This document shows positions 1 to 11,514 of a stretch of 64,000 bases of DNA, one piece after another (within the stretch, counting starts at the first letter, position 1; each line of letters starts with the position of its first letter). The stretch comes from Haliotis rubra (taxonomy: Eukaryota): positions 372,001 through 436,000 of the forward strand of contig NW_025766955.1 in assembly GCF_003918875.1 (NCBI RefSeq), in the 5' to 3' direction. The notes below the pieces were generated by a model. The model was given only the letters and a program-made list of their open reading frames with translations, had not been told where the DNA came from and did not search any database. Position numbers and translations under genes: made by a program.

Positions 1-386
1 ATAGCATGAATCAAGCCCTAGCTAGCCCGTCAATATGTCAGTCTTGTATTTTTCGTGATATCAGCCATCAAAAATAAACTCCAGTTTCACAGCCTAAATT
101 CATCATGTTCCTCATGAACAAGCCACCTTCTTATTTAACAAAGTTGCCACCTTATCCTACCAGGTACCCATCCACTGCTGGGAAGTCTGTACACCACCTT
201 GTTGATGAAGGTGTAAGGATCTTCTGCAAAATGTGGCTTCTGTTGTAGTAAAGACAATAACCCATCCACACTAACCTTCTGTAGCTACACAACCATGCTC
301 TAGGTACACATCATCACCAAGTAGTGGAATGCTGCACTACTCTCATATTTTGTTGTATAAACATGAAAAAACATTAATTTCTTTAA

Positions 387-461
387 TTTATTAGAAATAT
401 TTTGAAAAACAGTAATAAGGAAACTGGAAATTAAATAACATGATAACAGATACAGTTTATT
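387..461 (-). promoter_or_regulatory. Candidate polyadenylation signals of gene A
   Basis: AATAAA on the minus strand at 456-461 and 387-392, about 1.3 kb after the stop, in AT-rich sequence. Confidence 0.45.
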
Positions 462-728
462 GTCATGCAGCAGTTTCCTCCCTTTGGGAACATCTATTTC
501 AGGTCAGTGACGGTAATTATTTATCAAAATATTAAGTTTGTTCAGAAACAGACATAAAATGATGAATTGTTGATGGTGGTGGCAATAGAGAATTTCAGGT
601 TTGGTGTTGAACACCCAGAGATGGTCTCTGTGAACACCCAACTGCCAAACCGGTCTTAACAGTAAAAAATGAATGAATTACTTGCTGCATGAACACTATG
701 AGTGAACTGGATGCTCCCTCAGAGGGAT

Positions 729-753
729 CACACACACACACACACACACACAC
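729..753. repeat. (CA)n microsatellite
   Basis: Direct reading. Confidence 0.9.
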
Positions 754-1738
754 AACACCCTTCTGAATGTACCTCCTGCTCAAACATCACATACAAATAT
801 CAAACATAAACTGATGTCACGAGGCAGGTGAAATTGTCCCATGAAAACTTCTAAAATATGAATCCTCTGGTGAAAAGCCTGAAGTATGATGTTGGTAAAG
901 GAAATTGGTTTTCTGTCTGAAGGAATGTATTCTAAACATCTACAAACAGACAACTGAAGGAATGTATTCTAAACATCTACAAAAAAGACAAGTGCTGCAA
1001 TTCTGTGACAAATAAGCCTTGTAATGCAATTTTGTAACCAACTTGTATTCACGCCACAAGGACGACAGTAGATTCCGACCAGTTTCACCTAGGAATGTGA
1101 AAAAGTCATAAGTATGTTACTGCCTTTCAGAACCCTCCAGAAACAAACAAACCTCCCACAGTTTGCCCTGGTGCCCAAGTACAGATTAAGCCACTGGATA
1201 TATTAACTGATTGGACTACTAGGGACATACTGGATCTTGTGGAGAATAAAGAATCATGTTGAGTGAAGGCTATTGTTTGATGTGATGAAATCGTATCATC
1301 AGATGTGGTGAAGTTAAGGCCCCTTTCATACATGGCAGTGGTTTAGCTAGCACCACAATATCTTGCAGTGTCTTTAGACCACTTGAAAACACAGTTCCTG
1401 AAATGTCATGAAAATTGCTTGAAACATTTCAAAACTTTTTAAGTTAAAATGAAATATATATTCTTGTTGTTATCACAGAACTGAGTGGCGCTGGCTAGTC
1501 TGTTAGATCTCACCGATCCTGCAGTGCTTCCAGTACAGAGCTTCAGGTCATGTTCTCAATGCCTTCTTGTCAAATGATTTCTGGCACAAAACACAAACAC
1601 ACAGTGCATAAAACATCCAAGATGACAGTTATACAAACTACAGTCTAGTGCACACTTAATGATGGGAATTGATCTGATCTGAACACTGGTGCTGTCCGTC
1701 CTCAGCTCATCTCAAACCAATTGTTTCTCCAAACTTCT

Positions 1739-2374
1739 CTATCGCCTCTTCTTTGCCCCTCCTCTTCCTCTTCCCCCAACCTTGGCCTCCTCGGCTGTCC
1801 TCTTCACTCCTCTTCCTCTTCCTCTGGCTGGCTTCACAACCTCCATCTCTTCCTCCTCTGGTTCCGACTCTTCCACTTTCTTCCCCTTCTTCCCCTTTAC
1901 GACCGCCTTCCCCTTGGCAGGACCTTTACCCTTGCCTCGCCCCTTTGGCTTCTTCACTTCCTCCTCCTCCTCTTCTTCTTCATCTTCTTCAACTGCTGCT
2001 GCCTTCCCCTTGGCAGGACCTTTACCCTTGCCTCGCCCCTTTGGCTTCTTCACTTCCTCTTCCTCCTCCTCTTCTTCTTCATCTTCTTCAACTGCTGCTG
2101 CCTTCCCCTTGGCAGGACCTTTACCCTTGCCTCGCCCCGTTGGCTTCTTCACTTCCTCTTCCTCTGCCTTCTTCCCTTTACCTTTGGGTTCTTTCTTGGG
2201 TGGATCTGGTTCCCCTGGAATCTTGCCACCTGGATAACGTTTGAGGACCTGGTTCCACCCACCTGCAGTCTTCCAAAATGTCCACTTATAGCCATCGGTC
2301 TGGATAGAGAACTTGACAGCCTTGACCAGTCGGTCGAACAGTTCCTTCTTGGTTGGGGGCTTCAGCTTCAGGAG
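1739..2374 (-). CDS. Gene A last coding exon: end of globular domain, K/G-rich and poly-E repeat tail, ends RGRGGAKKRR*
   Basis: cttacag|CTC acceptor; 212 codons including stop, open from LLKLKPPTKKELFDRL to TAG; internal 96- and 99-bp coding repeats. Confidence 0.88.
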   Translation of the reverse strand, partial: LLKLKPPTKKELFDRLVKAVKFSIQTDGYKWTFWKTAGGWNQVLKRYPGGKIPGEPDPPKKEPKGKGKKAEEEEVKKPTGRGKGKGPAKGKAAAVEEDEEEEEEEEEVKKPKGRGKGKGPAKGKAAAVEEDEEEEEEEEVKKPKGRGKGKGPAKGKAVVKGKKGKKVEESEPEEEEMEVVKPARGRGRGVKRTAEEAKVGGRGRGGAKKRR

Positions 2375-2708
2375 CTGTAAGATGATGATATATTTCTGTC
2401 ACCAAGATAACTTCGATCATATATTTAGCATTACTGACCTGGGCACCGTTCCTCAAGGTGACTGTAATGCTACTGTTGTCATGGGTCTAAGGCCTTAGAG
2501 TTAGGATATGAGAAGATCGTCTTAGACTCACTCATTTTAATACACCACTTTTAGTTCTGCGTAAGTCATCATATGTCTATTGCTCTGATTGTCAAGCCTA
2601 CTTTGCCCCTGATTGTCAAACCTACCTCATACAAGTCATTGTAAGTCTAAATGTCGTATGTTACACTGATCATCAAAAGTACCATGTACAAGTCATCGTA
2701 AGTCTCAC

Positions 2709-2870
2709 CTTGTACCAGTCATCGTAAGTGTTCATGTCGTTGATCTGCTGCACGGCTCCTTTCATCTGCTTCACCATGTCTGGTGAGGGGAATCCGTGGT
2801 TTTCATCGTAGCGTTTCAGGAGCTCCTTTCGGGATTTTCCAGCAGGCATTGCAATATCCAGGAACAGCAC
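2709..2870 (-). CDS. Gene A coding exon 4 (VLFLDIAMP...YDENHGFPSPDMVKQMKGAVQQINDMNTYDDWYK)
   Basis: ctccag|GTG acceptor and AAG|GTGAGA donor; 162 nt, phase 0->0. Confidence 0.88.
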
Positions 2871-2937
2871 CTGGAGTTGAAATAGTGTTTAAAAAACAAA
2901 TCTTCACAAATTTATCCTGCCCAATGACAGTTTTTCT

Positions 2938-3530
2938 TGGACCTCTCTGCATGGATATCTAATGACACCTCTCTGCATGGACATCTAATGACACCTCTCT
3001 ACATGGACATCTAATGACACCTCTCTGCATGGATATCTAATGACACCTCACTACATGGACATCTAATGACACCTCTCTGCATGGACATCTAGTGACACCT
3101 CTCTACATGGACATCTAATGACACCTCTCTACATGGACATCTAATGACACCTCTCTACATGGACATCTAATGACATCTCTCTACATGGACATCTAATGAC
3201 ACCTCCCTGTATGGACATCTAATGACACCTCTCTGTATGGACATCTAATGACACCTCCCTGTATTGACATCTAATGACACCTCCCTGTATGGACATCTAA
3301 TGACACCTCCCTGTATGGACATCTAATGACACCTCTCTGTATGGACATCTAATGACATCTCTGTATGGACATCTAATGACACCTCCCTGCATAGACATCT
3401 AATGACACCTGTATTGACATCTCACCTCCCTGCATAGACATCTAATGACACCTCTCTGCATAGACATCTAATGACACCTCCCTGTATGGACATCTAATGA
3501 TACTTCTCTGTATGGACATCTAATGACATC
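2938..3530. repeat. 26-bp minisatellite (GACACCTCTCTGCATGGACATCTAAT), ~22 copies
   Basis: Period measured 2962->2988. Confidence 0.92.
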
Positions 3531-3934
3531 TCTAAACGAAATCTTACCCTGTATGGAGTCTGAATTTCAGAGGAGATGGTTTCAGATCCAGAAATGTATT
3601 TTGCAATAGCACTGTCAACGTAAGCTCCACATTTAAACTATTTACAAAATGAAGCACCACTACCAACTAAACACATGCCAAATTTCTGAACAGTTTTTAA
3701 GTTAAGGCCTCAAATAAACACAATATATGGCATTGGTTCAACCCACTTGCACAAACTCAGGCAGGAGGGAGGGTGGAATCATTGACCTTCACTGACAGAA
3801 TAGTTTCTGAGGGGAAGACGTTGATGGAGATTACTGACAAGTAAGTCATGACAAAAATATCATTTTCAGTCAGGACAGGTAAAATCACAAAGATATGAGC
3901 ATGTTTTTTAATGGCGTGTGACAACCTCCAGTAC

Positions 3935-4100
3935 CTGGAAGGCGAGGAGCTTCCTGCTGACGGCGGTGCGGGTGAGGGTGTTGGTCAGGCGGTAGTCCAT
4001 GTCGGTGTCCACATAACCCAGCTGTGCATCGTCCTTCACGTACCACATCACGTTCCGCTTGAATGACTCTGACAGGTAGGCATGAGCTGCATCCGACCAT
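3935..4100 (-). CDS. Gene A coding exon 3 (RWSDAAHAYLSESFKRNVMWYVKDDAQLGYVDTDMDYRLTNTLTRTAVSRKLLAFQ)
   Basis: ttgacag|A acceptor and CAG|GTACTG donor; 166 nt, phase 2->0. The true frame differs from the ORF-track call 3885..4100. Confidence 0.85.
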
Positions 4101-4523
4101 CTGTCAACACACCGTCAAGATGAAAACAGCAACAACAGCAACAGCAACAACAACAACAGCAACAACACTGCCTCTACTACCAATGATGACTCTGACAGGT
4201 AGGCATGAGCTGCATCTGACCATCTGTCAACACACCGTCAAGATGAAAACAGCAACAACAGCAACAGCAACAACAACAACAGCAACAACACTGGCTCTAC
4301 TACCAATGATGACTCTAACACTGCATCTGACCATCTGTCAACACAAGATGAAAACAGCAACAACAGCAACAGCAATAACAACACAACCACCAATGATGAC
4401 TCTGACAGGTAGGCATGAGCTGCATCTGACCATCTGTCAACACACCGTCAAGATGAAAACAGCAACAACAGCAACAGCAATAACAACAGCAACAACACTG
4501 GCTCTACTACCAGTGATGACTCT
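4063..4523. repeat. ~100-123-bp tandem repeat that includes the 3' splice site and start of gene A exon 3
   Basis: Four GACCATCTGTCAACAC copies with (CAA/CAG)n tracts. Confidence 0.9.
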
Positions 4524-5445
4524 TCAAGAGAGTGCAAGGGAGCTGTTGTAACCACATCTCTGTGCTGCTCTCTGTAAACGTTACACTTCACTAGTGACCA
4601 CGCAGAGCTATGGGCTGTCCTACAGAGTTAATGTAACCACAGTTGACTCCATAACAGCACCCTGTAGATGTGGATGAATGCATTCTCTACTCCCTGGGGA
4701 GTATACAGCCCAAGCTGGCATATGTGTGAATTTACCTCACAGCCTCATCTTATTGGGAACCCATTCACTGGGTATCTGGGGCAACTTGAAGTCACTTGCC
4801 TCACGCAAACTGACCACAGTCCCAGAAACTCTAAGGAGCTGGCTACTCATTGTACCCCCCCCTCTCTCCCCCAACTGTAACTGTGACCAGCTGGGTCTGT
4901 CAACATCCCCTTCACCATTGGATGGCCGATCACTGCTTCAATACTCAAGCACAGTCCAGGCAAGAATGTGTTATCAAGAAACGGTTATGTTAGTTCAACA
5001 ATTCAGTGTTATTCAGCATCCTAAATATGATATACTATGAATACCAAACCGCGAGGAATGGTGTGTTCCGAGAAAATTTCAATTTTGCCTTGTGAATTCA
5101 CATGTACAGACAATTTGTAACTCTGAACTAACTTTTGGTATTGACCATGGCCTTCCTTTTGGGAATTTTGTAGACAATAAAATTGATTGAGTCAAAACGA
5201 ACGATGGATGACATCATCGTCAATGATTTGTACTGATGAGGTCACATGACATCACACTGGGCAATAGTTGTTAAACAAGCAGACATCACACTGATGTATG
5301 GAGTTAATGTTACAAGGAGTCTCTGATAAACTCATTTGCATATTTATCACACAGTGATGCCAAGCTGATTGGTTCGGTTTATTACATTGATACACCCCGG
5401 GTCCATATGTTAATGTCTAGCAGGGCTATGTTGTCATGGCAGTAC

Positions 5446-5537
5446 CTGTACTTGCTGGATGCTGTGAGAAGAAGAAGCCATTCCCCAATATGAGGACACG
5501 CTCTCTTGGTTCGATTTGTCTCAGAATCAATGAAGAC
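5446..5537 (-). CDS. Gene A coding exon 2 (VFIDSETNRTKRACPHIGEWLLLLTASSKY)
   Basis: ttctgcag|GTC acceptor and AG|GTACTG donor; 92 nt, phase 0->2, in frame with both neighbours. Confidence 0.85.
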
Positions 5538-5649
5538 CTGCAGAAAATATAATTGGACAGTTAAATTGTTATCTTTAAATGATGTAACAGACACAGATTT
5601 ATCCAACACAAAATGGTGTGGTTTGGGATGTGATTATGTTTGAGAATAT

Positions 5650-8092
5650 ATAGACATTCTTGCTACTACTGGCATCTAGGATGGGTACATGTTTGAGGAT
5701 ATAGAGACATTCTTGCTACTACTGGCATCTAGGATGGGTACATGTTTGAGGAAATAGAGACATTCTTGCTACTACTGGCATCTAGGATGGGTACATGTTT
5801 GAGGATATAGAGACATTCTTGCTACTACTGACATCTAGGATGGGTACATGTTTGAGGATATAGAGACATTCTTGCTACTACTGGCATCTAGGATGGGTAC
5901 ATGTTTGAGGATATAGAGACACTCTTGCTACTACTGGCATCTAGGATGGGTACATGTTTGAGGATATAGAGACTCTCTTGCTACTACTGGCATCTAGGAT
6001 GGGTACATGTTTGAGGATATAGAGACATTCTTGCTACTACTGGCATCTAGGAAGGGTACATGTTTGAGGATATAGAGACACTCTTGCTACTACTGGCATC
6101 TAGGATGGGTACATGTTTGAGGATATAGAGACATTCTTGCTACTACTGGCATCTAGGATGGGTACATGTTTGAGGATATAGAGACATTCTTGCTACTACT
6201 GGCATCTAGGATGGGTACATGTTTGAGGATATAGAGACACTCTTGCTACTACTGGCATCTAGGATGGGTACATGTTTGAGGATATAGAGACACTCTTGCT
6301 ACTACTGGCATCTAGGATGGGTACATGTTTGAGGATATAGAGACATTCTTGCCACTACTGACATCTAGGATGGGTACATGATTGAGGATATAGAGACATT
6401 CTTGCTACTACTGGCATCTAGGATGGGTACATGTTTGAGGATATAGAGACATTCTTGCTACTACTGGCATCTAGGATGGGTACATGTTTGAGGATATAGA
6501 GACACTCTTGCTACTACTGGCATCTAGGATGGGTACATGTTTGAGGATATAGAGACTCTCTTGCTACTACTGGCATCTAGGATGCGTACATGTTTGAGGA
6601 TATAAAGACATTCTTGCTACTACTGGCATCTAGGATGGGTACATGTTTGAGGATATAGAGACTCTCTTGCTACTACTGGCATCTAGGATGCGTACATGTT
6701 TGAGGATATAAAGACATTCTTGCTACTACTGGCATCTAGGATGGGTACATGTTTGAGGATATAGAGACACTCTTGCTACTACTGGCATCTAGGATGGGTA
6801 CATGTTTGAGGATATAGAGACACTCTTGCTACTACTGGCATCCAGGATGGGTACATGTTTGAGGATATAGAGACTCTCTTGCTACTACTGGCATCTAGGA
6901 TGCGTACATGTTTGAGGATATAAGGACATTCTTGCTACTACTGGCATCTAGGATGGGTACATGTTTGAGGATATAGAGACACTCTTGCTACTACTGGCAT
7001 CTAGGATGGGTACATGTTTGAGGATATAGAGACATTCTTGCTACTACTGGCATCTAGGATGGGTACATGTTTGAGGATATAGAGACATTCTTGCTACTAC
7101 TGACATCTAGGATGGGTACATGTTTGAGGATATAAAGACATTCTTGCTACTACTGGCATCTAGGATGGGTACATGTTTGAGGATCATTATAGAGACATTC
7201 TTGCTACTACTGACATCTAGGATGGGTACATGTTTGAGGATATAGAGACATTCTTGCTACTACTGACATCTAGGATGGGTACATGTTTGAGGATATAAAG
7301 ACATTCTTGCTACTACTGGCATCTAGGATGGGTACATGTTTGAGGATATAGAGACATTCTTGCTACTACTGACATCTAGGATGGGTACATGTTTGAGGAT
7401 ATAGAGACATTCTTGCTACTACTGACATCTAGGATGGGTACATGTTTGAGGATATAAAGACATTCTTGCTACTACTGGCATCTAGGATGGGTACATGTTT
7501 GAGGATCATTATAGAGACATTCTTGCTACTACTGACATCTAGGATGGGTACATGTTTGAGGATATAGAGACACTCTTGCTACTACTGGCATCTAGGATGG
7601 GTACATGTTTGAGGATATAGAGACACTCTTGCTACTACTGGCATCTAGGATGGGTACATGTTTGAGGATATAGAGACACTCTTGCTACTACTGGCATCTA
7701 GGATGGGTACATGTTTGAGGATATAGAGACATTCTTGCTACTACTGGCATCTAGGATGGGTACATGTTTGAGGATATAGAGACATTCTTGCTACTACTGG
7801 CATCTAGGATGGGTACATGTTTGAGGATATAGAGACATTCTTGCTACTACTGGCATCTAGGATGGGTACATGTTTGAGGATATAGAGACATTCTTGCTAC
7901 TACTGACATCTAGGATGGGTACATGTTTGAGGATATAGAGACATTCTTGCTACTACTGGCATCTAGGAAGGGTACATGTTTGAGGATATAGAGACACTCT
8001 TGCTACTACTGGCATCTAGGATGGGTACATGTTTGAGGATATAGAGACATTCTTGCTACCACTGGCATCTAGGATGGGTACATGTTTGAGGA
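5650..8092. repeat. 53-bp minisatellite, ~46 copies
   Basis: GACATTCTTGCTACTACTGGCATCTAGGATGGGTACATGTTTGAGGATATAGA; period 5706->5759. Confidence 0.95.
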
Positions 8093-8481
8093 CTGACCCC
8101 ATGACCTGCAGGAAGAATGACCACAGTCACCACTGTTACAGATAGGACAGTTTTACATATGTGCCACTGCCAGTGACAGAGTGAGGCACTGTTGGGTGGA
8201 AGCTCATGACCTTCAGGTGAGTTGCCAAACCCAGAAACATCTCAACAAAGATGGAAACATATTACCTTGACCCATGGCCAGATAATCCAATTTCCATTAA
8301 GAATCTCTTTTAAATCAATTTCCAGGAAAGACAAATGACTTAAGGGCCTAAATACTTACCATTAACTTATGGCTGATAAATCTCACCTTCAGAATCTCTT
8401 TCACAATAATTTATATTAAAGCCAAAGAAAGTAAGAACCTAAAGTGTTACCTTCAGGCAAGGGTAGATAATCCAACCTCAC

Positions 8482-9552
8482 CTTCAGCCTCTCTTCTACA
8501 ATGTCCTGCAGTTCGGTGTAGATCTCCATAGCCCACAGCAGTAGCCGGTGCAGAGCAAAATAGCCATTGAGACTGTTCTCACTGGTGTGCTGGGTTCCCT
8601 TGGAGAACTCAACAACGGTGGCACTCATGAGGTTTGGTATGACTTTCAGAACCATCTCGGCCACCGTCTTTCTCTTGCAGCTTAGCAACAGCTGGGCCAA
8701 CTCCTTCATCGTGGCTTCAAATGTTGGCTGGATCTCGTTGCCATGGAGAGGGTGGATGTAGAGAGGGAGGAAGTACTTCAGGTCCTCCTTCATCACACTC
8801 TGAACCTTACCCATGGACTTCAGCATCCCGCAGTAGGACTCTCCCGTCAGGAACTCACATGGCGTGGTCAGGGAGGGTCTACTTGGAGGGCCCGACACAA
8901 CCAGCCCATAACCGTACAAATCATTCTGTGATTTTGGCTTCGCAACTTTAAACCGATCCTTAGAGATGTAGTCGACAATTTCAGGCTTACCATCATCCTT
9001 GACCTTCGGGGCTTTAGCAGCTGGTTTGGTTTCTAAAGAAGGATAGGGCTTCTTGTATGTGTGGCCACATTCTTTACACGTGAAGCTTTTGGACAGTTTG
9101 AGGTTGTGGCTATTGGCTTCCTTCATCCAAGCCCAGTCAGATGCCTGAGTCTCAGCCAGAAATGAGATGACGTTCATCAGAACAGTCTGGACGGTATATC
9201 CAGGGGACCATCCAAGGGCCTTCTGATCAGCCCATTCTGTATGAATGTCAGCAAAGTCACTGAAAATGTTCAGACATATTTTTGTCCCTCGTTTTCCTGG
9301 TTTGGTTGCTCCACTGTTGTACTGGAAGCCAGAAGGAACAAACTCAGCACTTGGGGAGTCGTATGGATAGTTGTTGGGGAAGAACAGCAGCAGGTGGTAT
9401 ATGATGTCATCTTGTTTAATGTTACAGTGCCACTCAAACATGTCTTCATCCAGCGGTACAGCTGAAACATTCTCAACAGGGTTCTTGTTGAGCTCATCTT
9501 GGTCGAACATCAGGCGACGCATCGACCTCTTTCGTACTACATCAGCGCACAT
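8482..9552 (-). CDS. Gene A coding exon 1: atypical ubiquitin-conjugating (UBC/E2)-fold domain, CxxC-G-H motif and start of an unassigned domain
   Basis: 357 codons from ATG (context AAGATG) to donor AAG|GTGAGG at 8481. E2 hallmarks: RRLMFD helix, SAVPLDEDMFEWH, FPNNYPYDSP, KICLNI (Cys93 at 9274-9276), GWSPGYTVQTVLMNVISFL. An acceptor ttttgtttcag| precedes 9571, so an upstream exon exists. Confidence 0.9.
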
Positions 9553-9699
9553 CTTGAATACTTGGGCAAAACTGAAACAAAACTGAGAATTGCCACAAAA
9601 AATGTGTATAATTTCAAACAGTCTCTTGAACTGTTCATCTTGTCTAAGGTCTAGAGCTACTGCCCCATGATTTGTACATGATAAATTAAGGAGAATAAG

Positions 9700-9757
9700 T
9701 TAGCTGAGTGGTTAGAGTGACAACCCCATGTGCTAAAGGCACAGGTTCAATTCCCCT
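9700..9757 (+). mobile_element. Degenerate tRNA-derived SINE head
   Basis: A box TAGCTGAGTGG and B box GGTTCAATTCC with tRNA-like spacing; no intact cloverleaf. Confidence 0.5.
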
Positions 9758-9769
9758 TGGTCACAAGGG

Positions 9770-10335
9770 AGAGAGAAAAAGGTGTGGGCGGAATGTGGGT
9801 GTGGAGTAAGTATGGTGTGGTATGGGTGAAGTCGACAAGGATGGACACGGAACGACGGAATGAAGGTGGAAATAATGGAATGGACACAGGAAAGGAATGG
9901 ACAGGAGCCAAGGAGGAACGGAAGAATATAGCATGGACATATAATATAATGATGGACGGAGACGGAAAGGACCAAAGATGGAATATCTGAATGGAAGGAA
10001 ATGGACAGGGAATGGACGGAGGAGGAAAAGGAGAAATGAAGGATGGATGGAACGGACCGGATGGAAGGAAACGGAACGAAGGATAAATAGTGGAAATGGA
10101 CACATGGACCCGACACGGAAGAAGGACCACGAAGAACAAATGGAAGAGCCCAGGAATGGAAACGGACGGACGGAATAAAGAAGGAAAGGAGATGGAATGG
10201 AAGGAAAAGAAAGATGGAAAGAATGGAAAATGGAAAGAATATATGAAAGAATGGATAAATGGAATGGATGGAAGAATGGATAGATTCTGGACAATGGCCC
10301 CAGGAACACACAAATGGAATGGAAGAGACGGAAGG
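9770..10335. repeat. Purine-rich degenerate GGAA/ATGGA/ACGGA low-complexity tract
   Basis: Strong purine skew on the plus strand; generates spurious ORFs. Confidence 0.8.
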
Positions 10336-10439
10336 TAATTTGTACTATACGATGTCTAGAGTATGCAGATTAAGGACTTACATGTTCACTATTTAGCTTT
10401 CTGTTGTTTCCAACTGTATTTTTGTGTTTGACAAATGTA

Positions 10440-11027
10440 ATGACGTATCGTTGCAAAGAATGTACTTTTGAGACCTCTATCTTACGTCAGTATGTCAGAC
10501 ATTATCGTTTACACAGAAACGTACCAAACATTGTGTTTCCATGTTGTCAGGAGCTTTGTGTAAGACAATTTCACACGTACAGTGCGTTTCGAGCACACGT
10601 ACTGCGTGATCATGGGCGCAACACAAACACGAGTCAGTCAAGGTCAGTAAATGGCCAGTCACATGTGAATGTGCATCTTGTATGTAGGCAAAGCTTTTGT
10701 GACAGTACATTCTCTCGTATCGAGGAGCTCTTGAAACATTTGCGTCAGCATTTAGACAGAAGGGATCCCATTGTTTGTCCATTTAGATCATGCAATACCA
10801 AAATTGTACATAAATAAACATTCTCATCTCATATAAGTAGAAAGCACAAGCACCACACATTATCGGAGTTATCAGATTCAGTTCTTGAAGCAAATAACAC
10901 ACATACAAATACAGATGAAGGACAGCTCTGCATATCTATACAAACAGACAACAGATTGGTTGAAGCTGATCTTGAAGAAAGTGAAATGGTAGTCTGTTTG
11001 CGTTTAGTGTTTTTCTGTTTCATGTAA
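10440..11027 (+). pseudogene. Four C2H2 zinc fingers, the N-terminal relic of a CACTA/EnSpm-type transposon ORF, with a premature TAA at 10815-10817
   Basis: CKEC-x12-H-x3-H, CQELC-x12-H-x4-H, CRQSFC-x12-H-x3-H and CPFRSC-NTKIVHK*TFSS-H-ISRK-H. The frame stays open 69 codons past the stop, and a CACTG terminus lies downstream. Confidence 0.75.
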
Positions 11028-11514
11028 TGTTTTCAGACAGATCACTGTTTATATCAGTCCACGTGGATTAGTTATATTGTTAGAGACCTATATTGTCATC
11101 AGGACATAGGAAATGTTTCTTTTGTTTGCTGTTAATGCACATCATTTTGTCGCCTCTTTTCCCCAGCTTAAACAAAGTACGAGGGGGTATAGCTGTATAC
11201 AGCATATACTATGCCAACTTAGGTTAACATCGTTATACTAACTCTGATGATGTAAGAAAAAGACCAGCTTCACACTGAAAACAATAAAATCTGAATCATC
11301 TGGTTCAAAGATTCATCTAACACAGTTGTATTCTTTTATTTGAATAGCATATGTTCGCAGCATTAAAAGCAAGACAATTATAGATATAGTTCCCATGTTG
11401 TAGCTAACATTCCAATGCTGTTGCCTTTCAGCTGTTATGTGCAGGTAACCCCAGTAAATGGTTATTACTTTATTTGGCTATACATGCACAGGAATTCTAC
11501 CGACTGCAACAATT

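Noticed and set aside
1689-2380. Plus-strand ORFs of 163-219 aa
   Set aside because: Antisense shadows of gene A's purine-rich last exon.
9733-10338. Several 180-190-aa ORFs
   Set aside because: Low-complexity purine/pyrimidine tract lacking stop codons; no domain-like sequence.
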